From contig OZ199839.1 in NCBI GenBank assembly GCA_964304625.1, positions 511,970 to 575,969 on the forward strand: a DNA stretch of 64,000 nt, written 5' to 3'. Source of the stretch: Kudoa neothunni. Lineage: Eukaryota > Animalia > Cnidaria. The notes under the pieces are model-generated. The model did not search any database. It was not told where the DNA came from and saw only the letters and a list, made by a program, of their open reading frames with translations. The translations under genes and the position numbers were made by a program. Of the stretch, positions 55,201 to 64,000 are shown piece by piece (the first letter of the stretch is position 1; every line of letters starts with the position of its first letter).

Positions 55201-55416
55201 GTGATAAGAAGAAAGAAAACGCTTAATTTAATCACGCGGTCAAAGCAAAAAGGTACGTACGACCGGTCTTCACGTGACTTTCTATTTTGAATTTTTTCGT
55301 ACTAGTTATGCTTATTAATTATTTAAAGCGAGTAATAATAACATTAAATCACCTTAAATACGAGAGAACCTTTAATATGTAAAATAACTAATGTACGTAC
55401 GACCGATCCATCAGTG
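52287..55416. mobile_element. Chapaev3-like non-autonomous element interrupted by the piggyBac at 52512-54931
   Basis: Right end GTACGTACGACCGATCCATCAGTG|TA is inverted relative to left ATGGAAAGGTCGTACGTAC; internal GTACGTACGACC and CACGTGACTT motifs. Confidence 0.5.
52512..54931 (+). mobile_element. piggyBac transposon (PGBD4-like) with disrupted transposase
   Basis: TTAA|CCCTCTAACC left end and about 90-bp internal inverted repeats at 52681-52770 / 54834-54923. Fragments VDEQL, RGRCPFRQYMSLKPAKYGLK, GRTIVAVNFFSS, YLGTIR and the C-terminal Cys-rich KCSNCSKFYCKVH..CTDC. Confidence 0.9.
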
Positions 55417-56199
55417 TATCGCTAACGTAGGTTATTAGGAGCTCTTATAATTTGAAAATATAGCCCAGTAGGCGTAATTTATAATAGCAACTGCGGAGCA
55501 TAAAACTAGAATTAATCATTTTTAGAATTGAAAATAATATTGATGACAGAGAAATGTCATTAAATTTCTCGAATAACAGTTAATCGTTATAAACACATAA
55601 TAGGAAAAAATAAAATTAATAAAAGTAGCCGGATATTTAAAAATATAATGACTGCTACTATTAGCCTGGGCAAGTTTAATCATTTATCAGCGTTTCCAAA
55701 CTATTAGTTAGGCAGCCCATCGCGACTCATTAACTCAATAAATGAGGAATTTTCCAAATTAATCTTGAATTGGGATGGGCGAACTGCGGCCCTAGCTCTT
55801 CCATTGAGAATCTAAGACAAAATTTATATTATTCAATATTCATTATGTATTTTATTCTCAATGCGTAAAAAAAATTTCTCAAGTGATGTAATCTATTCGA
55901 CTTGAAATGAATTTAACATGAAAAATTATTGTTCTATTTGCATTCTAATGTTATTTTAAAAGATATTTTTGAATGTTATGGCCTGTTGTCTTAATATAAG
56001 GCTGAAAAATTGCATGAACGTGCATCCGTTTCCACAATATAATAACACCAAGACAGCGTTTTCTTCCATACACAAATTAAAAAATAACTTTTTGATAAAT
56101 ATTATGGATTTATTAACTTTAATTTTCGGTGATTTAGTTATCTGATTTGATATTTTACCTACGCTCGCAGCCTACCTATGATTATCATATGTAATGGTA

Positions 56200-56650
56200 T
56201 GGCGCCTGGACAATATGACATAGCGGTGTTTGATCGAGATAGCATACCCTGAGGTTGCGATTTCAAAGCCTAGTCGGGACGTTCCTGTACTCCTAATCCG
56301 AAATAAAGTAGGAAGGCTGTAGTAATCACAAGGATCTACGATTTATCGTGGTCTTGTTTGCAGTTGGGAGAGGAGCCTGGCGGAAGGGTAGAACTCGGTC
56401 GCTCATAAACTCATAAATGTCGGGGTACAGGAACGAAATAAAACCAGTAGGGGCTTCCTTAGAGCCGGATCCCACATTCAAACGACTTTTCCACATTAAT
56501 TCTGGGTTATTCTGGGTTATTCTATGGTATGGGTGGGGTGGTGGTCGCTCCAAAACGAAGCTGTTTAGTGGGTTAAAACCCCACACTACCGCATAAACGT
56601 AAGTTGCGTTAAGCTAACGCTGTGGTGCCTACAGCGTAAATAGAGAGGGC
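56200..56650 (+). mobile_element. GC-rich SINE-like element with degenerate tRNA-like head, structured core and RTE-type tail
   Basis: B-box-like GATTTCAAAGCC, a long-range stem at 56280-56293/56422-56435, and tail GCTGTTTAGTGGGTTAAAACCCCACACTACC. Confidence 0.45.
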
Positions 56651-58493
56651 CGAACTTCACAATCTAACAAGTTTCGCTAGGGATTTGACCTTGTAAACAA
56701 AAAAAATATGTAATGTTGACAAAGGCAAAGTCTAATACGTGCTTAAAACAAAATTACAGGTTACCAATTTTGGAGAAAAACTGGTACTTGAGATTCAATT
56801 GATTAAAAAAGAATCTAAAATTAATTAAATAGTAAAAATCATGAGCATGCGATACTCATAACAAAATTAGAAGTTTAACGCAATGAGAACCATTCCCATA
56901 CCTCTCATTATAAGCGACGCATTAACGAAAAAATTATTTATTGCGATATTTAAAAGGCATAGCGTTGATGTAATTTGTATAATTTTTTAGATATCCTTAG
57001 ATTTTGAACCATAAATGTTTATAATAGAGGTGTATAGAAATTTATCAGCCTAATATAGGAATATATTTTATTTATCTTCTTAATTTTCTCAAGTGATAAT
57101 GCGCTCGCACAACCCTTGTTAACCGTCGTTTCTTGATAACAAGTGTTTGCACAACTAAACATAAATGTCTTCCCGAAAGCTTACAGTTATTGATGAAAGT
57201 TGTAATTTAAATGATGACTGACTAGACTCAAAAATACTTCTCCTCTCATTTAACGAAATAAGTGGGGTGTTTGCGTTGTCTTGAATCATTTGCTGTAATA
57301 AAGGAATATAACTTGAAGCGGCGTCACCAAACGAAACAGGGGGAATTCAACCAAAAAACCAACGATAATGACAAAGAATAAATGGTCTTAAATGCCTGGG
57401 AAGTTAAAATAACGCCAATCCATTTGTAGTTGTCGCCTTAAGAAAAATACATTTTTTATTCATAGACATAATTAAGTGAAATTAGAAGAAATAATTTTTG
57501 TGTAACAAATGATAATTTTAAAAAAAATTTTTTGTGATTTTTACCCTCAAGAATCATTTCATAAAACTTTAAAAAATATGAATATTACATTGACACCTAC
57601 AAAAATTACGACTTCAATTTCATGTTATTTAAATCATTTTGGTATTGGAATATTTCATAATAAATTTTGAGAAAATTAATTCTATTTGTTGGCGATATTC
57701 AAGTCACAAAAAGTTTGGTGTAATCTGAAATATCATAATGTAGTTAATTTGAACTAACATGATCATATTCATATTTATAAAGTGTGATATGTTATATTGA
57801 ATCTCATGTTTAAAATAACTATGAAACAATTCTATCAGAGTTATTGTTTAAATATTTCATGTGCATTTAATGAGTAATATTAGCTTTTCATAGTTTTAGT
57901 TAAAATTAAAATGTATTAGGTATAAATCCTATTATTTCAATACGAACTTACAATAATATGCCAATCACAAAATTTCTATAATTAAAAAAATCGATTTAAT
58001 TCCTTATTAAGTTAATTTAACTGGAAGTATTATTATTATTATATTAATTTGTATATTTACTTTTTTTATTGTAGCAAAAATGTCAGAAAAGCCGCAAACA
58101 GCTATCAATATTACCAAAAAAAGCGTAGGTAGTTAACAATGTGGCCTACACCCCTCCTTCCAAGTTGTACCCATTACTGCCGTAGTGGGTTTTACCGAAC
58201 TTGTATACGCCCGACCCATAAATAAGCCCTCTTAGGAAAACTCGGCACGTCCTGTGCTAATCGCGAACTTAAAGTTTTTTGTCCACTAGATTACAAAAAT
58301 TTTACAGCACCCCAGCTCCAGCTTCTACACAAAGAAACGAGATTTGAAAGTCAGCGCAAAACACATTAAAGTAAAAAGGGAAGAGAAACGATATCATAAT
58401 CGAAAAATAAATGTGCTTAAATGCACCTAGATACGACGACGAATAACGAAATTGTGAATGTAATTAGTCAGTAAGATGTCAATAATAGCTCAG

Positions 58494-60418
58494 TTATTTC
58501 TTCGAAAGGCGTTGTTTCAACATTTGCACTTGTTTCTTGAGTTCGGCGGGATAATCCTTATTGAGTTTTTGTTTGAAATAATCTTCCACCTCATCGATAT
58601 CTCTAACAAAGTATTCTGGATCAATGTTGAATAAGTTGTTAGGATTGACGTTGTTTAGACCGGAGAGATTGATCGAGTCAGCTTTGGGTACGAAACCAAT
58701 AGGAGTCTCGATAGCGATATCTTCATTATCGCATCTCCTGAAAATCCAATCTAGAACTCGGATATTTTCACCGTAACCAGGCCAAACGAATTTTCCATCG
58801 GCATCCTTTTTGAACCAATTGACATGGAATATCTTGGGCAGCTTTCTTCCGGGGACAGCACCAACATCGAACCAATGCTGGATGTAGTGACCGGCGTTGT
58901 AAGGAAGGAAAGGTCTCATAGCAAACGGATCATGGGTGACAACGTTGGATTTCATGTCGCTAGCAGCGGCGGTGGTTTCCGACTTCACTCCAGCGCCAAG
59001 GAATACTCCATGATTCCAACTGAATGCCTCCATCACAAGTGGGATACCAGTGGGACGTCTACCACCAAAAATAATGGCCGAGATAGGAACACCTCTTGGG
59101 CTATCCCAGTCTTCATCGAGTACAGTGCAGTTTCTGATTGGAGAGCAGAATCTAGAGTTGGGATGGGCGGCTTTGGCGCCACTTTCTGCTTTCCAGTTGG
59201 GGTTGCCATGCCAATCGGTAACGCTAACCTTCGATAGGTCAACTTCCTCTTCGAGACCTTCCCAGAAAACTCCACCATCACTAGTGGCCGCAACATTGGT
59301 AAAGATGGTATCCTTGTAGATGCATTCCATAGCGATTGGGTTGGTCTTATGAGAAGTGCCAGGGCAAACTCCAAAAAATCCTTTTTCAGGGTTGATAGCG
59401 CGTAGAGCTCCATCATTGTCGAATTTCATCCAAGCAATATCATCTCCAACGCAGGTGACTTTCCATCCAGGGATGTTAGGAGTCATCATGGCTAGATTGG
59501 TTTTACCACAGGCACTGGGGAAGGCAGCAGCAATATATTTCTTTTCTTTCTTTTCGTTCTCCAAACCCAGAATCAACATGTGTTCAGCAAGCCAACCTTC
59601 TCTTCGAGCAATATTTCCAGCAATACGCAAAGCGAAACACTTCTTTCCCAACAAGCTGTTTCCACCGTAACCGCTACCGCAACTGATGATTTCATTTTCG
59701 GCGGGGAAGTGAGTGATGAGAGTTTTGGGTGGATTACAAGGCCACGACTTGAGTATTTCTGGTGCGTCGGCAGGCAGAGGCAATGGGGTTAATACAGTAT
59801 GCGTGCAACGCACAAAGTCTTTTGCTTTTAGATATTTCAGCGTAGAGTCGCCCATGGTGGTCATCAAACCCATACAAATAACAACATATGCGGAGTCGGT
59901 GATCTCAATACCAATCTAATCATTTAAGCAAATTTATCGATCCACCAAAGTATCCAAACAATAAAAACGTGCTCGCTTACCTTTGAGAATTCACAACCGA
60001 GAGGTCCCATACAGAATGGAAGCACATACATTGTTCTTCCTTTCATGGAGCCGGTGAGATAACCATGAAGCTTCGTTCTCATTTCCTTGACATCACACCA
60101 ATTGCCGAGTTGACCTTGGTTAGGATCAAGTGGTTCAGGAACGCTCATTTCTTTGGTTTCGGTACACATGAAAGTTTTCGATTCCACTCTAGCCACATCA
60201 TCTGGAGACGTTCTTGCAAGGTAGCACCCATCGTATTTAGGAAGTTTGTGGATAGTTCCGTTCGCAATGAGAAGCTCAATAAGCGCCTGTTTTTCTTTCG
60301 CAGAACCATCACATATGTGAACGGACTCAGGTTGACATAAATTGTATGTTTTGGTGATATATTCCTTGACCTCTGTAGGAAATTTTGAAATGTCTCCGTA
60401 AGAAATATTTAAAGTCAT
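58494..60418 (-). CDS. PCK: Phosphoenolpyruvate carboxykinase, GTP-dependent (about 619 aa)
   Basis: Exons 60418-59981 and 59915-58494 (GT-AG intron, 65 nt). Motifs DVARVESKT, GSGYGGNSLLGKKCFALRIA, WLAEHM, FPSACGKTNLAM, VGDDIAW, HPNSRF and HDPFAMRPF. Confidence 0.97.
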
Positions 60419-61610
60419 CACTCACTCGTCAGCTCCAACAGGTCGATGCCGAAATGTTATCCGATTAGAACAATAGCTGACCATTGTCAAGTATTGGTTT
60501 AATATAGAGATTAAATTCAAAATTTTGGATTAACCACAAAAATTTATCATAACCTAAAACTATTCGAATTGTTGGGTGTCAATATGTTGATACCATTGAT
60601 TGATAGTTAAAACATCAGTTTGATTATTGTGATAAAAAAGGTGAAAACAATCTCTGAAATATTACCCCTCAAACATCGACAAGAATCGTTCGTACAAAAT
60701 TTTTAATCATTTATTACATACTTTTCTGTTAAAGATTAAAAGTAGTCGTAATCATATTATTATAGCTACATAAAAACATTTGTTGAAATATTGCTTGAGT
60801 ACCTTTATTGTAGGTGAGGTATTGTGCTGTTTTAGATTCGTAAATTTTTTTCAGCGTATTTTTAATAGAATGAAAATCAGCTACGAAGATTGAAATATTT
60901 GGTTCTATTTGTGTCACAATGTTTAATTTTCTATAAACATATCAAATAATGAATATGTTAATCCTTGTGAGTCATCAATTGATCAACCGTGACCTTGTGG
61001 GCATAGATTTTAACTTGTCACATGTTTATGATTCGTTCCGTTCAAGAAAATCAATTATTAAATTCTAATTCCAAGACATAATCACTGTTGAGAGAATAAA
61101 TGTGTGAGTTCTCAATTCACGGGGATTATTATCTCGTTTAAAATCATATTCACGCACAGTTTATCACTGCAGATAATTCGATTTATGTTATAACCTGATA
61201 TTTGATCGATCGTTTGAAGTTTAAACTCTACCCACCCCACTTTTCAAAACGACTATGGAATTTAATTGTAATACCTACCCAGTTGTGAGGCTAGTTTTGA
61301 TATGTTTGTCGCATAAAATAAATGTTATATTCGTAATCCCTTGTATTGAATTTAATATGTTCCATAATCCCACTGTTGTTATTACTGCTGTGAGTATTAA
61401 TATGTTGATAATGAATGTTTACGAGTTTGTCAACATTACTACTTGTTTTATTCTCCAGTAAGCAACTAACTGGAACACTATTCCATCAATATAATACGTC
61501 GATCTACAGTTAATATTGTTTATCGCACATTTTTGTACGAATTGATAAAAAGGTACCGAATAAACATGACCTGTGCAACTGCGTGCGAGCTTCTCATAAA
61601 AAATTAAATA

Positions 61611-63583
61611 CAGTAGTGCAGGGATATTGCGTAACAGGGGTACTACGCACTTTTTGACATTAAAGCAAGGTTTCCTATTAATAATACATAATATTGTTAT
61701 TTATAGTACAATAAACTTAAAAATGTTTAATTAAGAAAAATGATTTTTAAAAATATTTCACATTAAAAATCTCCCAATTAGATCCAACGACATGGTTAGT
61801 ACGCAATTAAGAAATCAGAGAAAATATCGATCGTTAGATGAGAAGATTAAAATAATAAATTATTACGACGAAATAAAAGAATTCAATGGCTCAAAAACTA
61901 AAACTGTTGGGAAATTTAATCTCAAATCGATATCTTTTTTGAATAGCATATTATTAAAAAGGAGCGGTATTATGAACAATTTAAACTCTGGAGACCCAGA
62001 TCACAGCAGAAAAACCTCAGGAAAAGGGAATTTTTCCACGTTAGATTCCAAAATTAAGGAGTGGATTGAGTTAATAAGAACTAATAATATCGAGTTCTCA
62101 AGGGATGATATAATTAAAAATGCTAACGACTATTCATTTGAAGTTAAAAAACAACTTCTAAAGTTGATAGAGGTTGGTTTCAAGGCTTTGCTTCAAGAGT
62201 TGGGCCGAAGAAGAACAAATTCACAGGAGAGTCTAAGAGTGTCGATCCTGAAATAGTTTCCTCTTGGAAAGATCAACTGTTAAAATTGATTGACAATTAT
62301 GACCCAAAAGATATTTTTAATTAGAATGAGACTGAGCTATTTTATCAGCAAAGAAAAAATAAAATATACTTTAAATTTGTATCACAGTATGAAATTTGGT
62401 GCATGGTTACGTATTTAAAAAGGAGGGAAACTTGCACGGTTCTAAAAATCGAAGAAGAGAGTAACTATTCTTGCCATTTTCTCGATGTTTTGAGAAAAAT
62501 GACCGTTATTAATAATTGGAAATTATGAAAAATCTCGTTGCTTTCGGAAGATTAGGGACCTCCCACTTCCCTATTACGTAAATAAGAAAGCTTGAATGAC
62601 CAGCTTGATTTTTTCAAAATAACTAACGGAGTGGAATCGTGAACTTTCTCGATGCAAGAAAAGTATCTTATTATTTGTTGATAATTGTCCAGCCCACCCA
62701 ACACTAAATTTTTCAAACGTCCGACTCTTTTTTTTCCCATCCAAAACAACCAATGTATTGCAGCAATTGGATCAGGGAATTATTAACAGTTTTAAGTGTA
62801 TTTTCAAAAATCATCTGACAAATTATTTTATAAATAAAGCCACTTCTAATTCCACGGATGTTTCTGATAACAATTTAAGTGATGATCCTCCAGACTTACA
62901 TGAAGCTATGTATATGATTAAAGAAACATGGCAATTAGAGACTGACGAAACAATAAAAAGCTGTTTCAACAAATAATTCTTTTTTAATAACTGTGATTCA
63001 GCAGACATCATCCCTTCGTTTGAAAGGAATTTACCAGGAAATCAACTTAGAGACTGTGTTGATGAAGAAGAAATTATATCAATTAGAGACCCAGAAGAAG
63101 AATGTGTTAACTAGATAAATAATGGAGTCGACACAATGGATGAATCGTCTCCTAATGAAAATTATGAATAAACTACCATTATTTGTTCCATAAATGAAGT
63201 TACGAACATTTAAATAAATTGAGGAAATTTTTTTCGTTCACGATCAAGCTATGTTAGAAAATATAATCAAATTAGACTTTTTTATTTGCAACATAAGACG
63301 CGGTTCCCAAAAAACGATAAAATAACCGATTATTTCAAAAAATCTGCATAATTTCGAATTATTCTAGTTTATTCACCTTATATTTATTTTGTCGTGTATT
63401 TACTATTGATTTTTCCCAAATATATTCGAGTTGCCATTAATATGGGCGGGAAAATATGGTTGTTAAATACAAAATACAGCGGCGCGCGACTAACATTTTT
63501 CTCTCATTTTGCGCGCGCGGACATGGATACTACGCACCTAACTGTTTCGTCCCAACAAAGTGTGTAGTATCCCTGCACTACTG
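61611..63583 (+). mobile_element. Tigger/pogo DNA transposon, complete TIRs, frameshifted transposase
   Basis: TA|CAGTAGTGCAGGGATA ... TATCCCTGCACTACTG|TA. HTH-psq/CENP-B N-terminus (61792), DIFN*NETELF, VDNCPAH and LQQLDQGIINSFK. Confidence 0.93.
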
Positions 63584-64000
63584 TATATACAAAACAGTTC
63601 GAATTTTTCGCGCAACCTGTGGTTTTTTTGACTTGGAGGACTTTATTGTAACGAATTAGTGAGGCAAATCAATTTTGGCTTGTAAAAATGATTTAGATAT
63701 TTTTTACCGAAAATATAGATAAATCAAATTCATTTGTAGCTTGATTTACAAATTAGTTTCCTACAGTTGGTAACCACTTTACGTAATCCCCTAGGGCAGG
63801 GAAAGATTAAAATAGTCACTTAACCAGTTGACTCCAGTTTGGATCGAACATGAATAATATAAATTGTATTTATATCGCCCTTTGGATATAATTTAGGCTA
63901 TAAACATTAGCCTTCTCGCAAAGCACATTCAAATCCTCATTATTATCGTCAGATCCACCAGAGCTCGATGTTGGGTTACTAAAATAATTGATATAAAATA

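Noticed and set aside
58240-58270. HDV-like ribozyme (CGGCACGTCCTGTG)
   Set aside because: The L3 loop is too short, and no P1/P1.1/P4 arrangement could be built.
58824-60340. Overlapping antisense and alternate-frame ORFs within PEPCK (also within NOP56 and eRF1)
   Set aside because: These are shadow ORFs of GC-richer coding DNA with no recognisable motifs.
1-64000. CRISPR arrays, rRNA, intact tRNA or snRNA genes, prokaryotic operons
   Set aside because: None were seen; the sequence is intron-containing eukaryotic DNA.

Overview
AT-rich eukaryotic (animal-type) nuclear DNA with short spliceosomal introns (mostly about 39-90 nt) and many decayed DNA transposons. The compact genes and divergent proteins would fit a reduced animal genome such as a myxozoan or orthonectid, but that is inference only. 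Spliced genes reconstructed by hand are NOP56 (-), a divergently oriented FAAP24-like gene (+), two tandem paralogous Cys-rich single-pass PPxY membrane proteins (-), a 13-exon SOHLH2-like gene (pseudo-receiver + bHLH; -), eRF1 (+), an SCaMC/SLC25A23-25 ATP-Mg/Pi carrier with eroded EF-hands (-) and GTP-dependent PEPCK (-). Between them lie several piggyBac, Tigger/pogo, hAT (Charlie/Buster) and Chapaev3-like elements, tRNA-derived SINE-like pieces and probable pseudogenes. The most notable observations are the SOHLH2-like gene, which is nearly invisible in the ORF track, the lineage-specific PPxY receptor family, the SCaMC with degenerate Ca2+ loops, two GC-AG introns in the same junction context, and two GC-rich structured-RNA candidates. 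All family assignments rest on motifs recalled from memory; no searches were run.
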